Shown here in pieces: positions 21,471 to 31,855 of a DNA stretch of 64,000 bases (positions are counted from its first letter, which is position 1; the number at the start of each line of letters is the position of its first letter). The notes beneath the pieces are model-generated. The model was not told the origin of the DNA, ran no database searches, and saw only the letters and a list, made by a program, of their open reading frames with translations. Source of the stretch: an uncultured Gemmatimonadales bacterium (GTDB lineage Bacteria; Gemmatimonadota; Gemmatimonadetes; Longimicrobiales; RSA9); the NCBI GenBank assembly GCA_963783305.1, contig CAWAMW010000017.1, positions 416,001 to 480,000 on the forward strand. The letters are read 5' to 3'. The translations under genes were made by a program, and so were the position numbers.

Positions 21471-23888
21471 ATGGGCACCAACCGTAACGACCTCCGCTTC
21501 GCGCTGCGCCAGCTCCGGCGGCAGCCTGGCTTCACCTTCATCGCCGTGGCGACGCTGGCCATCGGCATCGGCGCGGCGACGGCTGTTTTCAACGCGGCCG
21601 AGGTCGCCCTGTACCGGCCGCTGCCCATGGAGCACCAGGACCGCCTCGTTCGGATCTACCGGGTTCCGGAGGCCGGCACGCCGTGGATCAGCCTGCGGCC
21701 CGCGACGTTCGCGACCGTGGAGCGCAACGGCCGCTTCTTCGACCGGATCGTGGGCCAGCGGTACACGACCCTCGTGCGCCCGACGGAATCGGGACCGGAG
21801 CGCCTGGTGGGGATCGCCGTCACCGCCGGCTGGGCCGAAACGCTGGGGGTGGACGTGCACCTGGGCCGGTCGTTCTCGCCGGACGAGGAGCGACTGGGCG
21901 CGGCCGCGGCCGTGGCGCTGCTCAGCTACGGCGCGTGGCAGCGCCTCTTCGGGGGCGACCCGGCGGCCCTCGGTCGCACGCTGGTCCTGAACGAGCAGCC
22001 ACACACCGTGGTGGGCGTCATGGAGCGGGGCCTCCGCTACCCGTACAACGCCGACGTGTGGCTGCCCATGCGGGTCGAGGACGAGCAGGTTGGGCCGTGG
22101 TCCTACAACGCGCTGGCACGCCTCCGCCCGGGCGTCACCCTGGACGCGGCGCGGGAGGAGCTGGCCTCGCTGGCCCAGGAGGTCGCCCGCACCGGCGAGG
22201 CGCCGTCGCTCCAGGCCGAGGGCATGACGCTCACCGCCATTCCGTTCAGACAGCTGTTCGTGGGCGAAGAAGGTCGCACGTCGGTGGCGCTGCTGGGCGC
22301 CGTGTCGTTCCTCCTGCTGATCGTATGCGCGAACCTGGCCAACCTTCTGGTGGCCAGGGGTCTGAACCGGACGCGGGAGCTGGCGTTACGGTCGAGCCTG
22401 GGCGCGACCCGGGGTCGTCTGGTCCGACAGCTCCTGACCGAGAGCCTGGTCCTGGGCGGCATGGGCGCCGCCCTGGGCGTTTTCCTGGCCTACCTGGGCA
22501 GCGGCCTGGCCCAGCCGCTGCTCCCGAGTCGCCTCGAGTTCGTGGAGGCCACCGTCAGCATGAACGGCACCGTGCTCGCTTTCGCCGTGGGCCTGGCGCT
22601 CCTCAGCACGCTCCTCTTCGGCCTCCTGCCCGCCCTCCGGCTGTCCTCCGCAGGCCCGGCCACCGACGCGCTCCGCAGCCGGTCGGGGGGACCGGACCGC
22701 CGGGGCCGCAGCCTCGGCAATGGGCTGGTGGTGGCCGAGATCGCCCTGGGCGTCGTGCTACTCACCGCCGCAGGGCTCGTGGTTCAGGACCTCCGTCGCC
22801 TCGAGCGCCAGGACCTGGGCTACGACCCAGCCGGGCTCCTCACCTTCTCCGTCCCGCTCCAGCGCGGCGCGTACGCCGACTCCACCGGCCGCACCGCGTT
22901 CCTCGCCCGCGCCGAGACCGGGCTGCGCGCCGTCCCGGGCATCCGGGCCGCGGGCGTGACCACCATGTTCCCCTCCGACAACGGCAACGCCCTCGCCCCC
23001 ATCCAGGTGGCCGGGCGCGAGGAAGATCAGCGGGGCGAGCGGCCCCTGCTCAATCACCGGCTGGTCACGCCAGGGTTCTTCGACGCGTTGGGGCTGCCCG
23101 TCCTCCAGGGCCGCGGAATCGAGGAGCGCGACCGGGCCGGCACCCTCCCCGTCGCGGTGGTGAGCGCCAGCGCCGCCCGGAAGCTCTGGCCCGACCAGGA
23201 CCCCATTGGACAGCAGATCCGGCCGACGTGGTCTGAGGACGCGGAATGGCTCACGGTCGTGGGCGTCGTGGCCGACGTACGGCAGTTCTACGACGTCGCC
23301 GAGAGCTGGTACCTGCCGTACGCCCAGCACGCCGGCAGCGGAAACGCGTCCAGCGCCACCTTCGCGGTCCGGACCGGCGGCGCCGCGGCGGCCGCCGCAC
23401 CGTCCGTCCGGAGCGCCATGAGCCGGGTGGCGCCCGACCTCCCCCTCGAGGATCTGCTGCCGGCCGTCGCGCTCCATGAAGCGTCGCTCACCCGCCAGCG
23501 GCAGGGCGCGCGGCTGAGCGCCGCCTTCTCCGCCTTCGGCCTGCTCCTCGCCGCCATGGGCCTCTACGGCGCCATCGCCTACACCGTCAACCGGCGCCGG
23601 CGCGAGTTCGGGATCCGGCTCGCCCTCGGTGGCGACGCCCGCCGCGTCGTGGGGTCCGTGCTGCGCCAGGCCGTGGGGCTGGTCGCAGTCGGCGTCGCCC
23701 TCGGCGCCGTGGCGGCGCTGGCCGCCACCCGGCTTCTCGCCCACGCCCTCGAGACCGTCCACGGCTTCGACCCCGTCAGCTTCGGCATCGCCGTCCTCAC
23801 CATGGCCCTCACCGCCCTCGCCGCCGTCATCGTGCCCGCACGCCGCGCCGCACGGGTCGAGCCGGCGACGGTGCTGCGGGAGGAGTAG
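21471..23888 (+). CDS. ADOP-type (duplicated MacB/FtsX) ABC permease
   Basis: DLRFALRQLRRQPGFT, LLIVCANLANL, RRREFGIRLALG, PARRAARVEP. Confidence 0.92.
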   Translation: MGTNRNDLRFALRQLRRQPGFTFIAVATLAIGIGAATAVFNAAEVALYRPLPMEHQDRLVRIYRVPEAGTPWISLRPATFATVERNGRFFDRIVGQRYTTLVRPTESGPERLVGIAVTAGWAETLGVDVHLGRSFSPDEERLGAAAAVALLSYGAWQRLFGGDPAALGRTLVLNEQPHTVVGVMERGLRYPYNADVWLPMRVEDEQVGPWSYNALARLRPGVTLDAAREELASLAQEVARTGEAPSLQAEGMTLTAIPFRQLFVGEEGRTSVALLGAVSFLLLIVCANLANLLVARGLNRTRELALRSSLGATRGRLVRQLLTESLVLGGMGAALGVFLAYLGSGLAQPLLPSRLEFVEATVSMNGTVLAFAVGLALLSTLLFGLLPALRLSSAGPATDALRSRSGGPDRRGRSLGNGLVVAEIALGVVLLTAAGLVVQDLRRLERQDLGYDPAGLLTFSVPLQRGAYADSTGRTAFLARAETGLRAVPGIRAAGVTTMFPSDNGNALAPIQVAGREEDQRGERPLLNHRLVTPGFFDALGLPVLQGRGIEERDRAGTLPVAVVSASAARKLWPDQDPIGQQIRPTWSEDAEWLTVVGVVADVRQFYDVAESWYLPYAQHAGSGNASSATFAVRTGGAAAAAAPSVRSAMSRVAPDLPLEDLLPAVALHEASLTRQRQGARLSAAFSAFGLLLAAMGLYGAIAYTVNRRRREFGIRLALGGDARRVVGSVLRQAVGLVAVGVALGAVAALAATRLLAHALETVHGFDPVSFGIAVLTMALTALAAVIVPARRAARVEPATVLREE

Positions 23889-23976
23889 AAGCGGCCCACG
23901 AAGCCCCGCCCGTGGCAAGGTCGTTGCACCGGTTCCGGGCGGGAGTCAGGCGCAGTTCACCGACCTTGGAGGACCC

Positions 23977-24216
23977 ATGGCCAACGATCCGATCCACTCC
24001 GACACCAACGACCAGATTCCGGACCCGGTCGCAGTGTACGAACGGCAGGGCGAGGCCGGGCTCCGGGACCGCCTCGATGGGCTGGACCGCGACGCCCTCG
24101 AGAGGGTCGTGCGCGCCCACCCCCCCCACCACACCGTGCCGCCCGCGCTGCAAACGCTCTCCGACGACGAGCTGATCGGATACATCGTGGACGGCGCCAG
24201 GCGGAACGCCGACTGA
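23977..24216 (+). CDS. Small hypothetical protein (79 aa)
   Basis: GGAGG RBS, GC3-rich codons, directly upstream of the Rieske oxidoreductase. Confidence 0.6.
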   Translation: MANDPIHSDTNDQIPDPVAVYERQGEAGLRDRLDGLDRDALERVVRAHPPHHTVPPALQTLSDDELIGYIVDGARRNAD

Positions 24217-24239
24217 GAGACACGCGAACGGAGGCACAT

Positions 24240-25760
24240 ATGGGCGGCGACGACGAGGAGCTGAAGGGTCCGGACCTGGGGGCGGGTGTGGCGCTGGACG
24301 CGCTGGAGGACGGAACGCCGTTCGTGGGCCACGCCGACGGCGAGGCGGTGCTTCTGCTCCGTCGGGGCGGTGAGGTGCTGGCCATCGGCGCCACGTGTAC
24401 CCACTACGGCGGGCCCCTGGCCGAGGGGAAGGTGGATGGCGACCGGGTGTACTGCCCCTGGCATCACGCCTGTTTCTCACTCCGCTCAGGCGAGGCGCTG
24501 GAGGCGCCAGCACTGAACCCCGTGGCCCGCTGGACCGTGGAGGTCGAGGACGGGCGTGTTCGGGTCACCGGGAAAGACGAGCCCGACCCCCTGGACCCCC
24601 GGGGCCGCTCGGCCGACGGGCCGGAGTCCGTGGTGATCATCGGGGCCGGCGCCGCCGGGAGCGCCGCGGCGGAGATGCTCCGTCGCCAGGGGTACGACGG
24701 GCCCGTCACCCTCGTGGACCCCGAGGAGCTGGCGCCCTACGACCGCCCCAACCTCTCCAAGGACTTCCTCGCAGGGGACGCGCCGGAGGAGTGGATCCCG
24801 CTCCGGGGGGAGGGCTTCTACGAGGAGCACGGGATCGATCGGGTGGTGGCCACCGTCGAGTCGCTGGACACCGACGCCCGGGAGGTCCGGCTCTCCAACG
24901 GCGATACCCTCACCTACGGCGCGCTCCTGATGGCCACGGGCGCATCGCCACGCCGGCTGGACGTCCCGGGCGCGGAGCTCGGCCACGTCCACACCCTCCG
25001 GTCGCTGGCCGACTGCCGGCGGATCATCGACGACGCGGACGGAGCGGAGCGGGCGGTCGTCGTGGGATCGAGCTTCATCGGGATGGAGAGCGCCGCGGCG
25101 CTCCGGGGGCGTGGTCTGGACGTGGCCGTGGTGTCGAAAGACGCGCTCCCGTTCGCGCGCTCCCTGGGCCCGTCCATCGGCCGGTACCTGCTGGGCGTGC
25201 ACCAGGAGAACGGCGTGGCCTTCCACCCGGAGCGCACCGTGGCCCGGATCGATCCGGGCTCCGTGACGCTGGACGACGGCACCACCCTCGACGCCGACCT
25301 GGTGCTGGTGGGCATCGGCGTGGTCCCCGAGACCGGGCTGGCGGAGGCGGCCGGGCTCCAGGTGGACGACGGCGTCGTGGTGGACGAGCGGCTCCGGACC
25401 CCCACCGCCGGGGTCTGGGCCGCCGGCGACATCGCCCGCTACCCCGACCCCAGGAGCGGCCAGCGCGTCCGGGTCGAGCACTGGGTCCACGCCCAGCGCA
25501 CCGGTCAGACGGCGGCCCGGAGCATCCTGGGCACCGACGGCGCGTACACCCAGGCCCCGTTCTTCTGGACGAACCAGTTCGACGCCAAGGTCAGCTACGT
25601 GGGCCACGCCCCCGAATGGGACGAGGCCGTGGAGGAGGGCGACCCCGCCTCGGGCGACGGCGTGGTCCGCCTCATGGCCGGCGGCCGCGAGCTCGCCGTG
25701 GTGGCCGTGGGCCGGGGCGACGCCACCTTGGACGCGGAGGTCCGCTGGCGCGACGGGTGA
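24240..25760 (+). CDS. Rieske [2Fe-2S] / FAD-NAD(P)H ferredoxin reductase fusion
   Basis: CTHYG..CPWH Rieske ligands, IIGAGAAG, PYDRPNLSK, ATGASP, WAAGDIA, PFFWT. Confidence 0.93.
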   Translation: MGGDDEELKGPDLGAGVALDALEDGTPFVGHADGEAVLLLRRGGEVLAIGATCTHYGGPLAEGKVDGDRVYCPWHHACFSLRSGEALEAPALNPVARWTVEVEDGRVRVTGKDEPDPLDPRGRSADGPESVVIIGAGAAGSAAAEMLRRQGYDGPVTLVDPEELAPYDRPNLSKDFLAGDAPEEWIPLRGEGFYEEHGIDRVVATVESLDTDAREVRLSNGDTLTYGALLMATGASPRRLDVPGAELGHVHTLRSLADCRRIIDDADGAERAVVVGSSFIGMESAAALRGRGLDVAVVSKDALPFARSLGPSIGRYLLGVHQENGVAFHPERTVARIDPGSVTLDDGTTLDADLVLVGIGVVPETGLAEAAGLQVDDGVVVDERLRTPTAGVWAAGDIARYPDPRSGQRVRVEHWVHAQRTGQTAARSILGTDGAYTQAPFFWTNQFDAKVSYVGHAPEWDEAVEEGDPASGDGVVRLMAGGRELAVVAVGRGDATLDAEVRWRDG

Positions 25761-25950
25761 CAGCGGACGCCGGTCGGCGTCCATGACCTGCGGATGGACC
25801 CATCCCCGGGCCGGGCGTGGGGAGCGCTCCCACCCCGGTCGCCCATGATCGGCGTCGGGCTCCTGGCCAGAGCTCGGTCGCGCGGGGGGACCGCCGGCCG
25901 TACTGTCCTTTGACATGGGTCCATCGAACCGAAACCGAGCCGCCGACGTG

Positions 25951-27453
25951 ATGTCACACTGCCGCCCCTTCCGCGCCCACCCACTCCTTCTCCTCGCGAT
26001 CCTGACCTCCGCCGCCGGCAGCGCCGCACCGCTGACCGCACAGGAGCTCCAGCAGGAAGAGAGTTGGGACTACTGGGCGCCGCAGCGCGAGATGGTCCGC
26101 CGCGGACAGCAGGCGATTCTGACCTGCAACGGACTCTTCACCTCCCACCGGACGCTGGAGCAGGTCTACGAGCGGGAGCTGGCGTTCTTCGTGGAGCCCG
26201 GCCCCATCGGGTCGCCGGACGGCGGCGACTACGCCATCGACGAGGACCGCCGCGCCGTCGCCATCGGGGACCCGGCCACCGGCCCGGTCATGCGCGCCGC
26301 CTTCCGCGACGGAATCGGGTGCGTCATCATGGCCCCCGATCAGGACTTCGACGACATCGACGACCTTCCGGCGATCCGGACGCCGCCGCTCCCGGGCGAC
26401 CCGAACACCATCCCCTGGCCCGATGGCGACCTCGTGGAGGACGCGCCGCTCCCGCCCGGCATCGACGCCGCCGCGCTCCAGGCCGCGTCCGACTGGGCCT
26501 TCGACCGCGAGTCGCCGTTCCAGCACACGATCTCCCTCGTCATCGTCCACGACGGCCGGATCATCCACGAGCGCTACGCACCCGGCTTCGACCGCCAAAC
26601 GCGCACCCGCACGTGGTCCACCGCCAAGAGCATCGCCGTTACGCTCATCGGCATCCTGGTGGACGACGACCGCATGGCGCTGGACGCGCCGCTGGCCCTG
26701 GACTGGCTGCCGGAGGTCCGGTCGCCGGAGACCGACCCGCGCGACGCCATCACACTCCGTAACGCCCTCCACATGTCCACCGGGCTCTACCCCATCGACT
26801 TCGGCGGCCTCGAGTACGCCACCGGCTCCGGCCTCGGCTACTGGGCCGGCGCCAGCTCCGTCCGCCTCGCCCTCGACCGCGGGCTCATCCGCGACCCCGG
26901 CACATACTGGGACTACGAGAACTCCGAGACGCTCCTGGCCGTCCGGAAGATGAAGGAAGCGCTTTGCGAAGACGCCGGGGCCGGCTCCGACGCCGCCACC
27001 TGCGACGCGTACCACTCGTTCCCCCGATCCGCGCTCCTGGACCGCATCGGTATGCGGAACACCCTCCTCAGCACCGACCGGTTCGGCGACTTCATCCTCA
27101 GCAGCCAGGTCTATACCAACGCCCGCGACCTCGCCCGCTTCGGACTCCTCTACGCCAACGGCGGCACCTGGAACGGGGAGCGCATCATCAGCCGGGAGTG
27201 GATCGACTTCGTCCGCGCACCCGCGCCCGCCACCGTCGGCATCGGCAGCTTCTACGGCGGCCAGTTCTGGCTCGTCCCCACCGACCGCCACGACGTCCCC
27301 GCCGGCGCGTACACCACCGCCGGCAACCGCGGCCAGTACGTCATCATCGACCCGTCCCACGACCTGGTCATCGTCCGTCGCGGACTGGACTGGGGGCAGC
27401 AGGGGTTCGGCGAGTGGGACCTGCTGCGGGAGGTCCTGCGGGCGTTCCGGTAG
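25951..27453 (+). CDS. Secreted serine hydrolase, beta-lactamase (class C/6-aminohexanoate hydrolase-like) family
   Basis: Signal peptide; intact SxxK (STAK), YxN (YENS), ARDLARFG, GNRGQY. Confidence 0.88.
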   Translation: MSHCRPFRAHPLLLLAILTSAAGSAAPLTAQELQQEESWDYWAPQREMVRRGQQAILTCNGLFTSHRTLEQVYERELAFFVEPGPIGSPDGGDYAIDEDRRAVAIGDPATGPVMRAAFRDGIGCVIMAPDQDFDDIDDLPAIRTPPLPGDPNTIPWPDGDLVEDAPLPPGIDAAALQAASDWAFDRESPFQHTISLVIVHDGRIIHERYAPGFDRQTRTRTWSTAKSIAVTLIGILVDDDRMALDAPLALDWLPEVRSPETDPRDAITLRNALHMSTGLYPIDFGGLEYATGSGLGYWAGASSVRLALDRGLIRDPGTYWDYENSETLLAVRKMKEALCEDAGAGSDAATCDAYHSFPRSALLDRIGMRNTLLSTDRFGDFILSSQVYTNARDLARFGLLYANGGTWNGERIISREWIDFVRAPAPATVGIGSFYGGQFWLVPTDRHDVPAGAYTTAGNRGQYVIIDPSHDLVIVRRGLDWGQQGFGEWDLLREVLRAFR

Positions 27454-27465
27454 GCCATCCGTCCG

Positions 27466-28416
27466 TCATGTCGCGGCCGCCCGCAGCCCGGCGATGTCGA
27501 TCTTCTTCATCCGGAGCATCGCGTCCATGACCCGTCCCGCCCGCTCGGGATCGGGGTCCGACAGCAGCTCGGTCAGCGCGCTGGGTACGATCTGCCACGA
27601 CACGCCATACCGGTCCTTCAACCAGCCGCACTGCTCGGCGCCGGGGACCGCGGAAAGCCGCTCCCAGTAGTGGTCCACCTCCTCCTGTGACGCGCAGTGC
27701 ACCACGAACGAGACGGCCTCGTTGAAGGTGAAGCCGTGGTCCTGCGCGCTGTCCATGGCGGCGAACAGCCGGCCCTCGAGGACGAAGTCGGCGAACATGA
27801 CCGCGTCCGCGGCGTCGGGCTCCCGGCCGGGGCCGTAGCGGTGGATGGCGAGGGGTCGGGCATCGTCGAACACGGACGTGTAGAAGCCGATGGCCTCCTC
27901 GGCCTTTCCGCATACGTCACCGGTGAACATCAGCGACGGGAATATGGACTGCCGGACCTCTTCTTCCGCCAGCATCACCTGCCACGACACCCCGTACCGG
28001 TCCTGGATCCACCCGTACTTCGGGCTGAACGGGTAGGCATTGAGAGGCATGAGGGCCGTGCCGCCGTCGGAGAGCGCCGACCACATCTCGTCGACCTCCC
28101 CCACCGTGTCGCCGATGGCGAAGAAGGAGATGGCGGGCGTGAAGGTGAAGTGCGGGCCGCCATTGAGCGCGGTGAAGTCGTGGCCCGTCAGCCGGAACGC
28201 CACCGTCATCACCGACCCCGGCTCCGGCCCGCGGGCGTCGCCGCCTGCCGCCTCGGGGCCCGCCTCAGGGTAGCGCGCGACCGCACCCATCTCCGAGTCG
28301 CGGAAGACGGACGTGTAGAAGCGAGCCGCCTCCTCGGCCTGGTCGTTGAACCAGAGGAACGACGTTATCTTCTGCCCCCCCGGAGCGGCGTGCTCGGGAC
28401 CGCCCCACTCAGTCAT
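27466..28416 (-). CDS. VOC/PhnB-like (3-dmu-9 3-methyltransferase family) two-domain protein
   Basis: ITSFLWFNDQAEEAARFY, duplicated GW..D(R/K)YGVSWQ, FNEAVSF. Confidence 0.9.
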   Translation of the reverse strand: MTEWGGPEHAAPGGQKITSFLWFNDQAEEAARFYTSVFRDSEMGAVARYPEAGPEAAGGDARGPEPGSVMTVAFRLTGHDFTALNGGPHFTFTPAISFFAIGDTVGEVDEMWSALSDGGTALMPLNAYPFSPKYGWIQDRYGVSWQVMLAEEEVRQSIFPSLMFTGDVCGKAEEAIGFYTSVFDDARPLAIHRYGPGREPDAADAVMFADFVLEGRLFAAMDSAQDHGFTFNEAVSFVVHCASQEEVDHYWERLSAVPGAEQCGWLKDRYGVSWQIVPSALTELLSDPDPERAGRVMDAMLRMKKIDIAGLRAAAT

Positions 28417-28843
28417 GAGCGTCGTGCTCCTGTCCGGCGATTCGGTCCCGGACCCGGTCCTCCTGCTCCCTCAGCTCGGGCGTGAACGCCTCGCCGAAGT
28501 CGTCGGCCTCGAACACCGGCCGGATCTCCACTTCGACCCCGCCATCGAACGGCGCCCGCTTCAGCCACTCCACGGCGTGATCCATGGAGTCCACCCGCCA
28601 GAGCCAGTAGCCCCCAATGAGCTCCTTCGTCTCCGCGAACGGACCGTTGGTCACGGTGCGGTCGTCGCCGGAGAACCGTATGCGCACGCCCTTCGAGCTC
28701 GGGTGCAGCCCGTCGCCGTCGAGCATGATGCCGGCATCCACGAGCTCCTCGTTGTACCTCCCCATCGCGGCCAGCTCCCCCTCGCTCGGCATTGCCCCGG
28801 CCTCGCTGTCCTCACTGGCCTTCACGATCACCATGACTCGCAT
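28409..28843 (-). CDS. YciI/DGPF-domain protein
   Basis: MGRYNEEL, GLHPSSKG, NGPFAETKELIGGYW, EIRPVFE; GGAGGAGG RBS. Confidence 0.92.
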   Translation of the reverse strand: MRVMVIVKASEDSEAGAMPSEGELAAMGRYNEELVDAGIMLDGDGLHPSSKGVRIRFSGDDRTVTNGPFAETKELIGGYWLWRVDSMDHAVEWLKRAPFDGGVEVEIRPVFEADDFGEAFTPELREQEDRVRDRIAGQEHDAHD

Positions 28844-28917
28844 TGGTCCCCCTCCTCCTGGTGCGAAGTGGGGCCCGGCCGCTCTCGACCGGGTTTGAAC
28901 CCCGTTCTCAATGTGTG

Positions 28918-28944
28918 GTCGAACGGCGGATCGCGAAATCGACA
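28918..28944 (-). promoter_or_regulatory. ECF42-type promoter (TGTCGA-N17-CGAC)
   Basis: Matches the ECF42 consensus and sits upstream of a DGPF gene, the known ECF42 target class. Confidence 0.6.
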
Positions 28945-29007
28945 TGTGAACCTGCGATGGCTGTCGACACACATCACCGGGAGAGGGCTCGTGCCCGCGG
29001 TCCAGCG

Positions 29008-29907
29008 CTACTCCGTGGGCGTGCCGGCGATGAAGTCGACCGCGATCCGGGCCAGCTCCTCGCCGCGGTCCTCCTGGATGAAGTGGCCGGCACCCTCGAG
29101 GCGCTGGTGGGGCTGCCCGGCGGCGCCGGGGATCCGCTTCTGGAGGACGCGGTCGAAGCCGCGGAAGATGGGGTCGCCGGTGCCGAACGCCGTGAGGAAC
29201 GGCTTCCGCCACTCGTCCAGGACCGCCCACGCCCGTCGGTTGGCCTCGGCTTCGGGGTGGTCGGGGCTGGTGGGCACCAGGCGCGGGAACGCGCGGGCGC
29301 CGGCCTTCGAGCGCCGCGTGGGATACGGCGCGCCGTACGCCGCCAGCGCCTCCCGCGATACCGACCGCGCGCACCCCACGCGCACGATAGCCCGCACCGG
29401 GAAGATAGGCGTCCAGCGGGCGAACGCCTGCCACAGCCGGAAGACCAGCGGTAGCCGCTCCCCGCCCGTGGGCAGCCCGCCGTTGGCGATGACCACGCGA
29501 CGGAACAGCCCCGGCCGCTCCCCCACCAGCCGGAGCCCGATGAGCGACCCCCAGTCCTGGGCTACCAGCGTAATGTCCCGCAGCCCGTTCTCCCGGATCC
29601 ACTCCTCGACCCACGCCACGTGGCCGGAATAGGAGTAGTCGCCGCGATGGATGGGCTTGTCGGACCGGCCGAACCCCGGCAGGTCGGGCGCCAGCACCCG
29701 GTGCCCGGCCTCGGCAATGACGGGGATCATCTTCCGGTACAGGAAGCTCCACGTGGGCTCACCGTGGAGGAGCAGCACCGGCTCTCCGTCCGCGGGGCCC
29801 GCCTCCACGTGGTGCATGCGGAGCCCCGCGACCGTCGTATAGTGGGGCTCGAAATCGTACCCCGGGAGTGATTCGAAGCGCGAGTCAGGCGTGCGGTAGC
29901 TTTCCAT
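29008..29907 (-). CDS. Haloalkane dehalogenase
   Basis: RTPDSRF, LLHGEPTWSFLY, GFGRSDKP, QDWG nucleophile Asp, GHFIQED. Confidence 0.93.
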   Translation of the reverse strand: MESYRTPDSRFESLPGYDFEPHYTTVAGLRMHHVEAGPADGEPVLLLHGEPTWSFLYRKMIPVIAEAGHRVLAPDLPGFGRSDKPIHRGDYSYSGHVAWVEEWIRENGLRDITLVAQDWGSLIGLRLVGERPGLFRRVVIANGGLPTGGERLPLVFRLWQAFARWTPIFPVRAIVRVGCARSVSREALAAYGAPYPTRRSKAGARAFPRLVPTSPDHPEAEANRRAWAVLDEWRKPFLTAFGTGDPIFRGFDRVLQKRIPGAAGQPHQRLEGAGHFIQEDRGEELARIAVDFIAGTPTE

Positions 29908-30171
29908 GGTTCTCAGATCTCCTCCACGGACTCGAGGGCCCGCCCGTTCCGCACGTCGCCCGTATTCAGCGTGACGCGGCCGGCCCTTTTCGCCGGCAGC
30001 GCCGCCGTGGTCCCGCTGAATTAGCGGAACGCGCCCGATCGGCCGGAACCGCGATGGCGTCCGCCTCCAGGTCGGCTCAGTCGAAGTCGAAACGCGCGGC
30101 CAGCCGGTTCCTCATGCGGATCACCGCTCCGGCTCCACGTCGAGCACCGACTCGCCGCCTTGGGACCTCCC

Positions 30172-31818
30172 TCACGGCTCCCGGCCCAGCAACGACAGCA
30201 TCAGCGGCGTGAAGTCGAGCTGGGTCGGCGAGTCGCCGAGCGCCTTGAGTTGGTCCCGTACCTCCGGGCCCGTGCGGTCGGTCCGGATCAGGAGCAGTGG
30301 TGCGTAGCTGTCCTCGGCCTCGGCGCTGGCGTGCCAGGATTGGTAGGGGTGCGAGAAGTAGAAGCGCTCCCCCATGGGCGCTGATGCCCCCAGCCGCGCC
30401 ATCACGATGACATCGCCCGACCGGTCCGACTCGGGTCCGGTGGTCAGCCAGCCCAGCCGCTCCTCGAACCGCAGCAACTCCGGCCGCGGGTGCGCCGACA
30501 GGTACTGGCCCAGCGGTACCGCCTCGCCGTCGTCGATGACCCGGAGTCCGCCGTTCGGATGGCGGGCCAACACGAGGTCGATGGGCCGGGTCGGGTGAGC
30601 GGCGGCCGACCGCTCGATGGCGCGGGCCGCCGGCAGGATGTCCTCGCTCCAGCGCGCGGGCCGCGGCCACGCGCACCCCTGGCCCTCCGCGGCGCACGTG
30701 GATCGATCGGCCAGCGAGACGTACGCGAAGGCGCCCTCCCACGCCATCACCGCCTGGTGGTCCCCGTCCTCGACGTCCAGCTCGGGCGGCCGGACCCTGA
30801 ACCCCGCCCCCTCCAGCGCGTCGCCCAGCGAGAACGCGGAATCGCCGGCCAGGGCATGAACGGCGTCGTTGTGAACGGGCGTGTGGCCATGGTCGGCGAC
30901 CACGACGACCCACGTCCCCTCCAGCGCTCCCGCCTCCCGGTACGCCGCGATCACCTCGGCAATGGCGGAATCGGTCACCTCGGCCAGGTAGCGCCGCTGC
31001 TCCGCCAGCGGGTCGGGGGCCGCGTGCGTGTAGAGGTCGATCCCCGGGAAATAGACCACGGCCAGGTCCGCCGGGCCCTCCTTCCTCACCAGCTCCGCCA
31101 TCCCCTCCGCCGACGTGCGATCCACCGTCGCGTACACCTTCCGCTCCACCGGCTCGTCGCTCACGGCGCCCCTCGGGAACGCGCCCAGCAAATCCGCCAG
31201 GTCCGTCGCGCCCGGCGCTACAAGCAGGTCGGCGCCCCGGTGCACGGGAAGGAGTGCCACGTAGCTCCGGACGTCCGCCCGGTCGAACAGCGTGGGCACG
31301 GCCACGAGCGAGTCCATGAGCTGGTCGCTCATCGTCTCCAGCGCCTCATCCCGGCTGGTCACCGACACCGGCGCCGGTGCATGGAACCGGTCGCTCTGGC
31401 GGTCGAACCACTCGTTCCCCGGCACCCCGGACTCCCCTGGAGGCGCCCCCGTGAACAGTGTCGTCCACGCCGCCATGGTGATGGACGGCAGCACGGTCAT
31501 CACCGGCCCCGCATCCGCGCCATGGGCCCAGCCGGAGCCCGTGGCCTCGCCCAGCAGCGACGTCAGGGTCGGCAGCGCGCCGGCATCCAGCGCCGCCTTC
31601 ATATCGTTGTAGCCAACCCCATCCAGCGCGAACACCAGCACCCGCGGCGGTCCCGCCGGGGCGCGGACGCTGTCGCGCAGCTGGGTCGTCCCGCCTTCCG
31701 CCGCTATCTCCGCGGCCTCGCCGGCCACATCGGCTTTCTCCCCGCAACCCGCGAGGGCGCCGGCGAGGAGGAGGAACAGGGACGTGACTACGGCGGCGTG
31801 TTTGGAATTTGTAATCAT
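30172..31818 (-). CDS. Alkaline phosphatase superfamily (NPP/phosphodiesterase-type) lipoprotein
   Basis: LAGC lipobox, FALDG, PSITMAAW (Thr nucleophile), IDLYTH, VADHG, SWH. Confidence 0.85.
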   Translation of the reverse strand: MITNSKHAAVVTSLFLLLAGALAGCGEKADVAGEAAEIAAEGGTTQLRDSVRAPAGPPRVLVFALDGVGYNDMKAALDAGALPTLTSLLGEATGSGWAHGADAGPVMTVLPSITMAAWTTLFTGAPPGESGVPGNEWFDRQSDRFHAPAPVSVTSRDEALETMSDQLMDSLVAVPTLFDRADVRSYVALLPVHRGADLLVAPGATDLADLLGAFPRGAVSDEPVERKVYATVDRTSAEGMAELVRKEGPADLAVVYFPGIDLYTHAAPDPLAEQRRYLAEVTDSAIAEVIAAYREAGALEGTWVVVVADHGHTPVHNDAVHALAGDSAFSLGDALEGAGFRVRPPELDVEDGDHQAVMAWEGAFAYVSLADRSTCAAEGQGCAWPRPARWSEDILPAARAIERSAAAHPTRPIDLVLARHPNGGLRVIDDGEAVPLGQYLSAHPRPELLRFEERLGWLTTGPESDRSGDVIVMARLGASAPMGERFYFSHPYQSWHASAEAEDSYAPLLLIRTDRTGPEVRDQLKALGDSPTQLDFTPLMLSLLGREP

Positions 31819-31855
31819 GCCGCCGGGCGTATGCAGGTTCCGTGCGCCCGTCAGG

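Noticed and set aside
30077..30125. Tiny - strand ORF MRNRLAARFDFD, possibly a permease N-terminal remnant
   Set aside because: Too short to support any assignment.
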